64,000 bases of DNA from Selaginella moellendorffii (GCF_000143415.4 NW_003314266.1:3666398-3730397), one strand, 5' to 3'. Positions 48,686 through 60,399 are shown, numbered from the stretch's first letter. Translations and numbers: made by a program. Notes: generated by a model not told the origin, from the sequence alone.

Positions 48686-49013
48686 AGGTAATAATAGTTC
48701 ACTTGTTCTCGATCTAAAAGCTTCAATGGTGTTGGTTTTCTACGTTGTTGTGAGAGGTCAAGCGCTGAGGACGTGGCGAATGGCTATAGAGGACAAGTAT
48801 TCGAGGAAGTTGTTTTCATGTTAAGGTTTGGTGAAGTTGACGATTAGAATTAGTTGACCAGAACTAAGACGTTTATAAGTTGACTCAATGCATTCTCTTA
48901 TTTGATCCATTTGATGCAGGAGGAAACCAAACCCGGAAGCGGGAATGGGTGGCACCCATGGAAAGCCCTCTGGAATGGGTGGCACCCGGGGTCATGGAAA
49001 GCCCTAGAATTAT

Positions 49014-50040
49014 TCACTGATGCGGAGCAAAAACTCTGTGGATGCCATCAAACTCATCGTCATAACGACCATCGTCTTTAGCTAGAAGTAGCAGCAGTGG
49101 CAAATAGAGCGTAGGCTTGATCTTCTTCACGCACTGAACCAGGCTTTGTCGCTTATCTGTGACGAAGAGGCACACAAGATGAGCATCTCGCTCAGCCATT
49201 TGCGACCATCCGAGGTATTCGATTGAAGTCCTTGGCCTGTGGAGCCTTGATGGGCATCATGTAGAAGGCTGCCTTTGGAAACACGGCCAAGTTCTTGAGC
49301 TTGTCACACATGGCCCCGACCTCCACCACCATAGCTTTGGTCACGCAGACGTTCATCAAGATCCCGTAAGTCATATGATCTGGCTAATGCTTCTCCTCCG
49401 ATTAAGCTCTGCCCTCTGGATGTTGCCACTCTCTACACACACGTTGGGCAACGTGTTGTAGATGCCATTTCTTCCGCTTGATGGTGTTGTAGGGCCTGGT
49501 GTACATGTCGATGAGGATGCTAAGAGTTATCTCCGACGGCTCCAAGCCATAGCTTGCCAGCTTGTCAACATCCCTTGGGCGAGTGTGACTTTCCTTGCTC
49601 GTCCTAGAGTTCCAATTAGAATGTTAAAGAGAACTTGATCTTGCACTTGCTCCATGTCTCGGAAGAGCCGCAAGATCACCTGTTAGTCCCCAACTCTCAA
49701 ATAGATGTTTGTGATCACACCAAGTTCAGGAGGTCCATGGTCTCTGCCGTTCTTCCAGCCTTCCTGTATGGCACTGTATGTAACTCTGTCGAAAGAAACC
49801 CCGGTTTCACAAAGCTGGTGGAACCAGGCCATGGCATCCTCAACTCAACCGCAACACTTGGAACAGCTAACAAAGATGCTGAAAGTGTAGTTGTCCAGCA
49901 TGATCTTTTCCTCGAGCATATCCTTGGGAAGTTCTCTTCCAAAAACCTCCACTGTTCTCCATCGCACAGTAGCTTGAGCATCATGTTGTATGCAAAGACA
50001 GTGATCTCAAAAATCTCTATGATCTCTAATAATCTCATCT
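49014..50040 (-). pseudogene. P-class PPR pseudogene, copy 3 (longest)
   Basis: TVFAYNMMLKLLC and MTYGILMNVC repeats; frameshifted. Confidence 0.78.
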
Positions 50041-50440
50041 AGCCCCTACTACAGCCACAAAATTCTACTCCCTTATATTAAACTCTTGTTCTTAGTAAAG
50101 AACTTTACCACCATGTTCTAATATACATCCACCTATACCAAGTATGGGGACCCAAATTGCTTTCCACACTTTGTTTTTTATCTCTGTAGCAAAATAAACT
50201 AGGCCACCAAATCGTCTCAAGAAAATACTAAACATTCAGTCTTTAAACAATATGAACTTTTCAATTCTCAAACATTTTGTTTAAAGGCTTTTTAATCTCA
50301 ATTAAAAAGCTATAGTGAGAAAAGTCAAACATAAACATGAATACTGTAGATAGCTCTCTCCAAAACAAATATAAACATCTATTCGACGTAAAGTCAATAG
50401 TGTCAAATTCTTGAACTATGGCTATTCCCGTCCAACACAA

Positions 50441-51886
50441 ATGGACAGCGATCTATGCTTGCAATTGCGAGCCGCTTTGCTGCGCCATCAAATCCCCCTC
50501 GAGCCAGTCCAGGCTCAAATCTCTTGCCAGGAGCATCACTCCCTCTTTGATCGCTCGCGGCTCGACTATCTCACCAGAATTCTGGAAGAAAACGATGAGG
50601 AGCTCCTCCTCCAGCTGCCACAACAACAGCAAACCTCTTACCAGGTACTGCTCCGCGAGCTCACGGAAATTGTCTCCTGTTGTCTCTCCCCCAATTCTTG
50701 TGCCAGCAGTTCCTTGTCCATGGACGCCGCCTCTCCTCCTCATTCTCCCTCGCGCACCTCCAGCGTCTCCTTCCACAGCTTGCTCATGGACTGCGCCCGA
50801 GCAGTGGCTGCCAACAACTCCACCAAAGTCCATGAGCTCGTGAGAGAGATCAGAACTTTAGCCTCACCTCAGTCGCGTCCAGTGGAGAAGGCCGCGCTCT
50901 ACTTCACCAACGCGCTCGTCGCGAGGCTGGCCGGGTGTGGAGCTCGGATGTACGCCGCGATGCACCAGGACGTGACGAGGATCCAGAGTATCGCCATCCG
51001 GATGAATCTTCCCAGCCTCCGGGCCACGGAGCGCTTCGCCAACCAGATGATCCTCGAAGCCTGCCGTGGTGCCAAGCGTGTCCACATCGTCGACTATGGG
51101 ATCCTCTACGGCGACCAGTGGCCGTCGCTCATCAAGGCGCTGTCCGAGAGAGCCGAGGGGCCGCCACTGTTCAAGATCACAGGCATTGACTTCCCGTCCC
51201 TTGTCAACCTCGAGAAAACTGGAAACCGGCTGGTCGACTACGCAGAGTCGTGTGGGATGCACCTCGAGTTCCACTCCATCGCCACCGCGGCGTGGGAGTC
51301 AGCGCAGCCGCGATACCATCTCTTCAGCGAGCTTCTCTTCGTCAACTGCCAGCTGAGGATGCGGCACATCCGCGAGGACGGGATCATCGACAGCCCCCGG
51401 AAGCTCTTCTTCGAGAAGATCCTCAGCTTCAAGCCTGTTATGTTTTTCCAGTCCGTGGTGCACGCTGAGATGGGCTCTCCGTTTTTCATCCACCGCTTCG
51501 ACGGGGCCTGGAGGAGCTTTCTGGCAAGGCTGGAGTCGTTCGAGGAGACGATGAAGCTTGGGTTGATCGACCAGTCGCAGCTCGACTTCATGGATAAGTT
51601 CATCGAGAAGTGCGCCATGGGAGCCATTGCCTGTGACGGGCAGAACCGTGTGGAGCGCATTTCCTCGTACAAAACCTGGGATCGCCTGGCTCGGAAAGGC
51701 CAGTTCGGACAGCTTCCAGTCAGCAAACAAGCGTTCGAGATGGTCATGTCCGTTTGGAGCGGACACGAGAACTTCACGTACGGAATGGACGAGAACTGGC
51801 TGCTGCTTGGCTGGAAAGACGTAATCTTGAATGCTTTGAGCGTCTGGAAGCCCATTGAGAAGCTACCGCGCTTCAAACACCAGTGA
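50441..51886 (+). CDS. GRAS transcription factor type B copy 3, intact
   Basis: ORF from ATG 50441 (MDSDLCLQLRAALLRH) with a full GRAS domain. Confidence 0.95.
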   Translation: MDSDLCLQLRAALLRHQIPLEPVQAQISCQEHHSLFDRSRLDYLTRILEENDEELLLQLPQQQQTSYQVLLRELTEIVSCCLSPNSCASSSLSMDAASPPHSPSRTSSVSFHSLLMDCARAVAANNSTKVHELVREIRTLASPQSRPVEKAALYFTNALVARLAGCGARMYAAMHQDVTRIQSIAIRMNLPSLRATERFANQMILEACRGAKRVHIVDYGILYGDQWPSLIKALSERAEGPPLFKITGIDFPSLVNLEKTGNRLVDYAESCGMHLEFHSIATAAWESAQPRYHLFSELLFVNCQLRMRHIREDGIIDSPRKLFFEKILSFKPVMFFQSVVHAEMGSPFFIHRFDGAWRSFLARLESFEETMKLGLIDQSQLDFMDKFIEKCAMGAIACDGQNRVERISSYKTWDRLARKGQFGQLPVSKQAFEMVMSVWSGHENFTYGMDENWLLLGWKDVILNALSVWKPIEKLPRFKHQ

Positions 51887-52020
51887 TCCACCCTGTACCT
51901 ACATTCTTTTTGTAACTTCTTTGTTCCTGCTCGTGTCCTTCCTGTAAGGAGGCGATTTAGATGTCTTCAAAGAACACTCAAGAGGAACTTACCTTGTCAC
52001 GGAAGTTCTCAAGTCCATCG

Positions 52021-53439
52021 CTATAGAACCTGAAACATACCAGCCACTTGTAGGACACGCTTTGGTCGCCAAGCACTCATCGCGTAGAGCACCGTGCCCT
52101 TCCACCCCAGCAACATCCAGTTTCCATCTCTTGCGAAGCCGAAGTTGGGGTTCCTGAATTTTCCACAAGCGCTCCTCACTTTATCGTAAATCTCCTCCGT
52201 CACTGCCACCCCTTCGAAGCCTGCTCGCTTTGCCCGAGCATCCCAGACGCGATACGAGGCCGCTCTCTCCACTCGTTCGAGCCCTTCGCACGCGACGATG
52301 TTCATGATATCTCTTGCGGCCACCTTTTGGATAAATCCGTGCTCTTCCGGCTTTCCTTCTGCCACCGCTTCAAAGTACTCCATCTTCTGCTTGTAAAACT
52401 CGAGGGCGTTCTTGAACCGCTGCAAGAACAAGGGCGAGCCCATATCGGCACTGATCTCGGTTTGCAAGAACAAGTCCGGCCTGAGCCCGCAAATCTTCCC
52501 GAGGAAAACTTCTCTGGGATTGTCCACCGCAACCGTGCCATGATCTCGCAAGTGGCGCAGCCGGAGCACGCTATTCACCACCAGCACCTCGTTCTTACAC
52601 CGGATAATCCTCTCCTTTTCCCAGTTCTCGCTTGCCACTGCCATGAACTCGAACGGAACTCCACACGATCTCGCAAACTCGACCAGCTTCCTCCCGGTCT
52701 CGGCCAAGTTGACGACGTGAGGACAATCCACCCCAGTGATCTTGAGCTCGGGAGGACCGCCGCTACGCTGGGACAAAGCCTTGATCAGATACGGCCACTG
52801 GAAGCCATACTGGATGCCATAGTCGACGATATGGACGCGACGAGCTCCTCTAGCCAGCTCCAGTATGTGCTCGTTGGCGAATCTTTGCGAGAGCTTCAAG
52901 CACGGGAGATTCAAGAGCCTCACGGACAAGTACTGGCGGCGAGTGACCTCCTTTGCCATGGCGGCGTACACCTGAGCCCCAAAGCCCTCCAATCGGGCAG
53001 TCAGTGCGTCGACGAAGAATGAGATCGTCCGACACAAGCATCCCATCGATCCCGACGATCGCCACAGCGCGCCCTTGATGTCACTGACCAGCGCGAAAGC
53101 CCGTGAGGAATCCCCCGCCGCCACCGCCTGGGCGCAGCGGACGAGCAGATATTCCAAACCGCCATCGCTGTCGCTGTTCTTGGGAGAATCAAGAGGCCGC
53201 GGCGCAACGATCGCTGTGAGCTCGCTTAGAATCTGGCAGTACTCACCGGACCGCGCGAGCTGATCGTGATCCTCGTTGTCGCCGTCGTCGTCCAGCAGCA
53301 CGCTCGAAATGTAAGACACTGTCGGATCCATGAAACCCTTGCGTGCCTCCTCGTCGTCGTCCTCCAGCGGTGGATCTTGCCGCAAGCCGTGGCGCAGCAG
53401 CGCGCACTTAAGCATCGATGAGAGATCGATCGACGCCAT
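52021..53439 (-). CDS. LISCL-like GRAS transcription factor type C, intact
   Basis: 472 aa; YISSVLLDDD, VHIVDYGIQYGFQWP, PLFLQRF, ERVER, MSAW. Confidence 0.95.
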   Translation of the reverse strand: MASIDLSSMLKCALLRHGLRQDPPLEDDDEEARKGFMDPTVSYISSVLLDDDGDNEDHDQLARSGEYCQILSELTAIVAPRPLDSPKNSDSDGGLEYLLVRCAQAVAAGDSSRAFALVSDIKGALWRSSGSMGCLCRTISFFVDALTARLEGFGAQVYAAMAKEVTRRQYLSVRLLNLPCLKLSQRFANEHILELARGARRVHIVDYGIQYGFQWPYLIKALSQRSGGPPELKITGVDCPHVVNLAETGRKLVEFARSCGVPFEFMAVASENWEKERIIRCKNEVLVVNSVLRLRHLRDHGTVAVDNPREVFLGKICGLRPDLFLQTEISADMGSPLFLQRFKNALEFYKQKMEYFEAVAEGKPEEHGFIQKVAARDIMNIVACEGLERVERAASYRVWDARAKRAGFEGVAVTEEIYDKVRSACGKFRNPNFGFARDGNWMLLGWKGTVLYAMSAWRPKRVLQVAGMFQVL

Positions 53440-53510
53440 CGTCCTAGACTCGCGGAACTTTGAATTTTAGGGTTCTTGGAGAGAGAGTCGTGTCCAAATG
53501 GAAGACAAGA

Positions 53511-54705
53511 CTACCGATCAAAAGCCGTGCAATCTCTCCTCACGTCGCCATCGCTCCCAACCTTCACTCCAACGCTCGACAGTCTTTGCATCGCGGCGCC
53601 AAATTCCTGGTAGAACTTTTGCTCGTCTCTCGCGAATTCCCTGATCATCTCCCTCGTCTTGCGCTTGGCGAGGAGCGTCTCGTCCGAGATGAGCAGCGCG
53701 TTTCCAGCGACGAGGGTCTTGTAGTAGGAGTTGTCGAAGGCGAATGGAGTGGAGGGATCGAAGGGCAGCACCAAGCCTGGATCATCGCCACGCTCGGGAC
53801 AGGCGGCCTTGAGGCTCGACGCGAAAACCGGAGGGAGCCTCGGATCCATTGCGCGATCGCGGCTAAAGTTGTAGAGCCTCTTGTGGAATTGCTTGCAGTG
53901 AGCGAATCCAAAAGTGTGAGCACCTAGGGAGGAATCCATGAAACTTTTCGAGCTTTTAGATGAAAAGCTTTGAGAGCTTACCACTCAGTACCACGAGATC
54001 TTCCATGTCCAGTCCTTTGCTCTTAAAGTTGCGTAAAAGTTGATGGAGATTCAAGGTGGAGCCTGGAAGGTTGTCCTGGACCCTCGCGGCCTCGGAGATA
54101 AATCCATCTTTTCTTCCCTTGAGAACAGGATACGAAGGCCCACCAGTCTGTCAATCAAAAAGACCTTTTGATCAACCTGGAAGCTAGAATTGCATGAGAA
54201 CTAATGAAACTTAATCTTACCAGCTCTATGAAGTTTCTCGCTATGATCACCAAGATGTCAGCACAAGACACCACTCCCGGGCACTCGGCTTCCACCGCCG
54301 CCTTTGCTCGAACCACGGCATCAAAACCATCACCAGCCAAGTCCCTGTTAACTTCCGCGTCTCTTTCAGCCAAGTTGTCCGGAGTAGAAGTTATCATGAT
54401 CGAGGCATCGCATCCCTGCACCATGCAAACAAGATCATCACAAGATCGAAAAATAAAAAGCAGAGAAACGAGAAAATCGGACTTACCTCTATGAAGCAGT
54501 CGTGGAACAAGAGCCTCACAACAGCCGCAGGAGTCGTGGGTGCTTCGGCCAGCTTAAGTTTAGCAGAGGTTGCGAGGATCTCTTCCAAATTTGGACACGT
54601 CTCGGAGTAATAGCCGAGCTCGAGTTTATCTGCTGCTGCGCTAAAAACCACCAACGAAGCCTTCAACAAGGAAACCATTACCAAAATCTCACACGCTGGC
54701 GCCAT
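53511..54705 (-). CDS. Class III secretory peroxidase (4 exons)
   Basis: Signal peptide, YYSETCP, RLLFHDCFIE/GCDAS, ECPGVVSCAD, LS/GAHTFG, TPFAFDNSYY; canonical 3-intron layout. Confidence 0.96.
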
Positions 54706-55162
54706 AGCGCAGCGCAGCTCGTGAGCAAACCTTGGACGAGCTGGGCCTTTTGCGCACCATTTCTAAACGAAATAAAAATAAACAGGCTCGTTAGCTGGAG
54801 CTGGCCCAAAAAAATCACTATACTATACTTAGAAGCGAACCAGTTTTGAGTGGACTAAAATGACGATGCATTCTTCCAGAATATACAGTTTCATTTCTGT
54901 TGGAGAACGGAAAAAAAAAAGAAGAGAAAGGTAAACAAAAAAAAAACGGAGGATGAGGAGGATCGAGAAATAAGAACCAACAAACATTAAGGAAACAAAG
55001 CTTAAAAAAAAGTATGGAAACTGAAGAACCTTCTTGTCGTAGAGAGTGCCTCACTGAAAGAATTTGACTCCTACTGTTTTTCTTTCTTTCACTGACGAAG
55101 AACTGATGTCCTGTACCGGTTCGGGAAAAGCTGCTCTTGCCTGTTTCGATCGACCATCGCTT

Positions 55163-56247
55163 CTACACCCGGGCCCTCTTGCTGCAAGACGGGCATTTGT
55201 ACTGCTTGATGTGTTCCGCTCTGGCCGGTGTAACCTTGACACAGCTCCCATGAAACCACTTTTGGCACGTATCGCATCCTATCCAGAACTCCTTCTTGTC
55301 CGCGTTGTAGGGGCCATTGCAGGTCCCGCAGAAGGTGTCACCGTGCTCCTCCTCGTCTTCGTCGTAAGGAGAGTCTTCGTCCTCCTCGTCGCTCGATGGG
55401 GGCTTCTTCTGCGGACGCAGTGACACCATTAGCAAGCACGCAGAGAACCAAGTTCGCCTTACAGATTTCGCACTAGAAGCCCTTTTGGAGCTGCTGTTGC
55501 CGTTTGTTTTCTCCTGCGCTTGCTTCTTCCCGGTGACCGTATCGTAGATGGTTGGAAGCGAGTTCATCAAGCTAAACAAGCGCTTCCTGTGTGCCACACG
55601 CGAAAAAGAGAGAGAGCAAAAGACAACACACATCAGGGAATGGGAAAGATAAAAGAAAATAGGAGAGTCACCTGTCTGCCCTGTCAAAATGGGCACCATA
55701 GAAAAAAGCCACTGCAATTAACCACGCGTCGCTGTGGACTGCTACTAGCGACAGCCATGCCTTGCGCTCCATCCCATCTCTCGCAAAGTTGATGCCGAGC
55801 GCCGGCTCCGGGAGCTCCGGAGGAACTTCTTCCGCTGGGAAATTCACCTCCCAGCTCTCGTCGGGAAATCCATACAGGCACAGGTTTTCCTTGTCTACAC
55901 ACACAAAAAACACCCACGCACGAACGGCGGCAGTCAGAGTTTAATCACTCTATCCGAGAGAAAAAAAGAGAAAAAAATTCAAGGCCCTGAGAACTAAATG
56001 AGCGCACCTGGATCGCATTCATTGCAGAATTGCTCCACATCTGGGCAGCCCAAAACAAAAGCAAGGCAAGAAAAAAATCTCTCATCAGTACCGGTCGAGC
56101 AAAAAAAGAGTGGGAAAATTCCACGATTGAGTGGAATTGGAGGAGCTCACCTTCTGTCAGCGCTTTCACCATTCCAGCTCTCCGGTTCTTGAAATCGGTG
56201 AAAATCTCCTCCACAGTACGTGGGTTGTATGGAGCAGCATTTTCCAT
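55163..56247 (-). CDS. Alfin-like PHD-finger protein (multi-exon)
   Basis: [17 protein letters not shown]; [31 protein letters not shown]; PHD finger [28 protein letters not shown]. Confidence 0.96.
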
Positions 56248-56857
56248 GGCGGAATTCGTCCAAGAGCGAGCCCAAGAATCGCGCAGCGCAGCTCCTACAC
56301 CCAAACCCTAGTCACTAAAACCCTGGCAGCCGCGGCCAAGAAGGAGCGCGCATCGCCGCCGAGGAAAAGGCCAATCCGTGGAGAGCGCCGAGAGGGATTT
56401 ACCGTGGGGCGGGAGCTGAGAGAGAGGCGGCGGTGGAGCGGCCGCGGCGCAGCAACACAGATCTCGCGCACCCAACGCCCAACCAGCGACGAACCAAACC
56501 CTAGCGAGACAAAAGAAACCAACAAGATCCCTCTTTGACTGTTAGCATATGCTGATTCTGTTAAGTGCGGAGGCGAATATTCGTCACGGTAGAAAAAAGT
56601 ATGAAGCCGTTGACGTCCCCGAGAAAGAAAAAAGAAAACCATGGAACTGAATGTTCTCAAACTTTTTTTCCTTTTTTTCGATCATAGCGTTATCAGTGTT
56701 GTCGATTACAAACCAAAACAACTTTAGCTTCTCTCATCTATAGGACGGTCACGAAATGTAGCTACAAAGAAAGGAAAAAGGATAGAACAGAACAGAGCTT
56801 GGATCGATGGGGTGGATCGATGATCGCTCGCTGCGAAAAGAAAGAGGAATCGATCGA

Positions 56858-57802
56858 TCACGCGCTGGCCCGGGAGACGAGGAGCTCGCTGATGTCCCAG
56901 AGCTTCTTCCCGAGCTGTGGATCCAGCGCCTTCTTGGACGGCTTCGCCTCCTGGCAATCCGCGAGGTAGCGGCCGCTCACATCCGCCATGTCGGGGTGGA
57001 TGGCCGCGTAGATCGTCGTCGCCGCGCCCTGCTCCACGCTCTTCCATTTGCCCGCGTATATGATCTTGACGAAGAGCTTCATCGCCGCCGAGTGGCGCCA
57101 CAGCGGCGTCCCGATCAGCCCCGGGTGGACCGCGTTGGCCGTGATGTTGATCTTCTCCCGCTGGAACATCACTGCCAGGGAGTTCGCATGGAGGATGTTG
57201 GCCAGCTTGGATTGCCCATACGCCTTCTTGGAATCGTAGCTCCCGCGATCGTTGATAGCGTCGAGATCGCGGATCCCTTCCTTGTAACCCACCGTCGTGT
57301 GCGCCACCGACGAGAGATTGACGATCCGGCCCTGGATCCCGGATTTCGCCGCCGTCTCCTTCATCGTGTCGAGCAGGAGATTCGTGAGCAAGAAATGGCC
57401 CAGGTGATTCGTCGCGAACTGCGATTCCACGCCGTCGGCCGTGAGGCTGAAGGGGCAGAACATCACACCCGCGTTGTTGATGAGGAGATTGAGCGGCAGG
57501 CCGGATTTCTTGAAATCCTCGACGAAGCCCCGGACGCTCGCCAGCGACGCCAAATCCAGCTCCATACACTGCACCGACGCCCCCGGCAGCTCCTTCTCCA
57601 TCGCCGCGCGGGCTCTCTCCGCCGCTTCCTTGTTCCTGGCCGCGATCACAACCCTGGCGCCCTGCTTCGCAAGAATGCGCACCACTTCCGCGCCAATGCC
57701 GCTCGCCCCTCCCGTGACGATTGCCGTGAGATTCTTGGCGTCAATCCCCTGCGCCACTTCCTCAGCGGTGGAGTGCGCGCCATAGCCTGATCGCTTCCCC
57801 AT
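56858..57802 (-). CDS. TIC32-like short-chain dehydrogenase, intronless
   Basis: TGGASGIG, LINNAGVM, FATNHLGHFLLT, YGQSKLANIL, VHPG, QGAATT. Confidence 0.95.
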   Translation of the reverse strand: MGKRSGYGAHSTAEEVAQGIDAKNLTAIVTGGASGIGAEVVRILAKQGARVVIAARNKEAAERARAAMEKELPGASVQCMELDLASLASVRGFVEDFKKSGLPLNLLINNAGVMFCPFSLTADGVESQFATNHLGHFLLTNLLLDTMKETAAKSGIQGRIVNLSSVAHTTVGYKEGIRDLDAINDRGSYDSKKAYGQSKLANILHANSLAVMFQREKINITANAVHPGLIGTPLWRHSAAMKLFVKIIYAGKWKSVEQGAATTIYAAIHPDMADVSGRYLADCQEAKPSKKALDPQLGKKLWDISELLVSRASA

Positions 57803-57986
57803 TCTTTCTTTCTCCCTCGTATAAAAGACACTTTCCTATAAACCCTAAACGCGCGCGATCCAATGGCCTAGATCTAAATATATCCAACGGCCGGAACCGA
57901 CTAATCGGATCCAACGGCCGGTAATATCGATCGCACGGCCCCAGCACGTCTTGCGTGGAAGACCTTTAACCGCGTTGGCATTTAAA

Positions 57987-59639
57987 ATGCTCCAGGCGCT
58001 CGCCAAGAGCCCTAGATTCGATTCTTCCTCGTCGCGGCTGCGCGATCTCCTCAATCTCATCGACGCGGGATCCATCCGCCCCGACGCGGCGGATTTCCGT
58101 CGCCTCATCGCGGATTGTACAGATCTTCGCCTCCTCCACGAAGCAAGATGCATCCACAGCTTGGTCCACCGCCACGGCCTCGCCGGCGATCGATTGATCG
58201 GCAACTACCTCGTCAAGATGTTCGTGCGCTGCGGCGACATCGACAGGGCGCGCGAAGTCTTCGATCGGGTAAGCGCCAGGGACGTGATCCTCTGGACGGA
58301 GATGATCGCCGCATATGGCGAGAGGGGATATTTCCAGGAATCGCTGGAGCTTTGGAAGATCATGAGGCTCGAGGGAGCCATGCCGGACCTCATCGCATTC
58401 GTCACAGCGCTCAAATCTTGCTGCTGCCCGGCGAGCCTCGGCACTGGGGCTCTCATCCACTCGATGATTCTCGAGAGCGGCCTGGGATCCAACGTGATCG
58501 TGGAGACCGCGCTGGTGAATATGTACGCTAGATGCGGCAGGATCGAGCAGGCAACCACGATGTTCTTCGGGATTTCTCACAGGGACATTGTCGCGTGGAA
58601 CGCTATCATAGCGGTAAATGCCGAGAGAGGGCATTTTGGCCAGGCCATGCATCTCTTCCATTCGCTGCTGCTCGAGGGGGAGAGATGGCCCAACAAGAGC
58701 ACCTATGTGGCGGTTCTCTCGGCTTGCAGAGATCTCCACGATCTCAAGCTCCTCCACTCGTGCTCGATCCACGGTGGCCTGGAGCTCCACGTAGAGGTCG
58801 CCACGGCACTCGTGCACGCGTATGCCCTGCTCGGGCACCTCTCCATCTCTCGCTCGATCTTCGACCGGTTGCTCTGCCAAGACCGAGACATCGTCCTCTG
58901 GAACGCGATGATCGAAGCCTATGCCCAAGAGGGCGATCGCGAATCCATCGCCCTGTTCCGGCAAATGCAGCTCCTCGGCTGCCAGCCAGACCGAGCGACG
59001 TTCCTGAGCTTGCTCTCGGCGTGCTCGGCTATGGTGGACCTGGAAGAAGGAAAGAGACTACACTCGCGGATCGGGAGCTGCCTCGAGGACTTCCAGATCC
59101 AAAACGCGCTGCTTGCGATGTACGCCAGGTGTGGGAGGCTCGAGCTCGCGCAGCTCCTCTTCGATGGTATGCCCGAGAGGTCGGTCTTCTCTTGGAACTC
59201 CATGGTGGCCGCGTATGCTCAGCACGGGCATCTTGACCAAGTCTTCCAGAGCCTCAAGAGGATGCAAAACGAAGGCGTCAAGCCCGACAGCGTGACGTTC
59301 GTGAGCGTCCTCAGTGCTTGCAGTGGAGCCGGACTGCTGGCAGAGGGCCGGAGCCACTTCGAGTTTGTGAAGCGTCACATTCGCGAGTGGCCGAGCACCG
59401 AGCACTACGGCTGCATGATCGATCTCCTTGGTCGCCTGGGAAGATTGGAGGAGGCCGAAAGACTAGTTTTGGAGGTCCCGGACGAAGCAGCGGACGCGGT
59501 GCTGTGGAGAACACTGCTCGCTGCTTGCCGGACTTACGGAGATTTGGAGCGAGGGAGACGAGCGGCCGAGAGAGTGGTGGATTTAGATCCGGACGACTCT
59601 GCTGCTTACGTCGTGCTCTACAACACAGTTGCCACTTAG
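57987..59639 (+). CDS. PLS-class PPR protein ending in an E domain (no DYW), probable organellar RNA-editing factor
   Basis: P/L/S repeats (LVNMYARCG, DIVAWNAII, PDSVTFVSVLSACS), HYGCMIDLLGR, WRTLLAAC, AAYVVLYN, then a stop. Confidence 0.93.
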   Translation: MLQALAKSPRFDSSSSRLRDLLNLIDAGSIRPDAADFRRLIADCTDLRLLHEARCIHSLVHRHGLAGDRLIGNYLVKMFVRCGDIDRAREVFDRVSARDVILWTEMIAAYGERGYFQESLELWKIMRLEGAMPDLIAFVTALKSCCCPASLGTGALIHSMILESGLGSNVIVETALVNMYARCGRIEQATTMFFGISHRDIVAWNAIIAVNAERGHFGQAMHLFHSLLLEGERWPNKSTYVAVLSACRDLHDLKLLHSCSIHGGLELHVEVATALVHAYALLGHLSISRSIFDRLLCQDRDIVLWNAMIEAYAQEGDRESIALFRQMQLLGCQPDRATFLSLLSACSAMVDLEEGKRLHSRIGSCLEDFQIQNALLAMYARCGRLELAQLLFDGMPERSVFSWNSMVAAYAQHGHLDQVFQSLKRMQNEGVKPDSVTFVSVLSACSGAGLLAEGRSHFEFVKRHIREWPSTEHYGCMIDLLGRLGRLEEAERLVLEVPDEAADAVLWRTLLAACRTYGDLERGRRAAERVVDLDPDDSAAYVVLYNTVAT

Positions 59640-59851
59640 AACAAAGCACGGAGAAGAAAAGACCGATGCAAGAGACCTCAGGAAATTGGATGATAAGTTA
59701 CGTGAATAGTTTCCTGGCTGCCAGAGCAACGAGGCCTTTGAAACACTACTAAGAAAAACAAACTACGCGCTTCACGGCTGGATTTTCCTGAGAAGATCGA
59801 AAGGTTCTGAGGAGAAAACGAAGGAAAACAAGCGCTACCTCTTTTGTGAGC

Positions 59852-60376
59852 TTAGAAAGATGGCTTCCGGATCGGTCTCGAGGGTGGAAGTAAACCACGG
59901 CGAGCTTGACGCTTGAGGTAGTGACGCCGCGCAGCAATCATCTCCTTGTGCGTTGGTCCCTGTAAAAAACGAAGGAAGTTCATGCCAGAAACTTTGCATC
60001 GATTGCTTTTTACTTTTGGAAGGTCATAGAAATCGTCCGTCGTTGGAGAAGTTCCATCTTCCTGGAAAGAAAAAAAAAAAAAAACAATCAGAGAGCTTGA
60101 ATCACTAAGATCTCAAAAATGTACCTTGTTCTCCCCCTCTGGAGCTCCCTCTTCCTGGGAAAGAAAACGAGCGATCAATCTACAAGCCGAGGAAGCATCG
60201 CATACCTTTGGCGGCGGGAGATGGGGTCCAATCGCGGGGAAGAAAGAGTACCCTCGAGCACAAATCACGAATCCACCATCGCTAGCGTGCGGCACTGCGT
60301 GCGAAGCGCTGCCACGGGATGCATTGGCGTGCAGTGCTTGCAGAGCCTTGCCCGAGCTCCTTACCGCTCGAAACAT
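59852..60376 (-). CDS. Small (118-aa) unknown protein with a mitochondrial-like presequence; exons 60376-60206, 60154-60125, 60061-60014, 59959-59852
   Basis: Three phase-0 GT-AG introns join MFRAVRSS...PPPK/EEGAPEGENK/EDGTSPTTDDFYDLPK/GPTHKEMIAARRHYLKRQARRG...KPSF*. Confidence 0.72.
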
Positions 60377-60399
60377 TGCCGCAAACCCTAAACCCCGTT

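Larger units (their letters stand above)
47413..51960. repeat. Truncated duplication unit 3 (ABC1K tail, CTD pseudogene, PPR pseudogene, GRAS B)
   Basis: 47413-47503 reproduces the last ~90 coding nt of ABC1K copy 1, followed by its 3' flank; the inverted GRAS block is absent. Confidence 0.85.

Noticed and set aside
7476-53439. miR171 target site in the GRAS genes
   Set aside because: No GATATTGGCGCGGCTCAATCA-like site was seen by eye, and these genes are LISCL-like rather than HAM clade.
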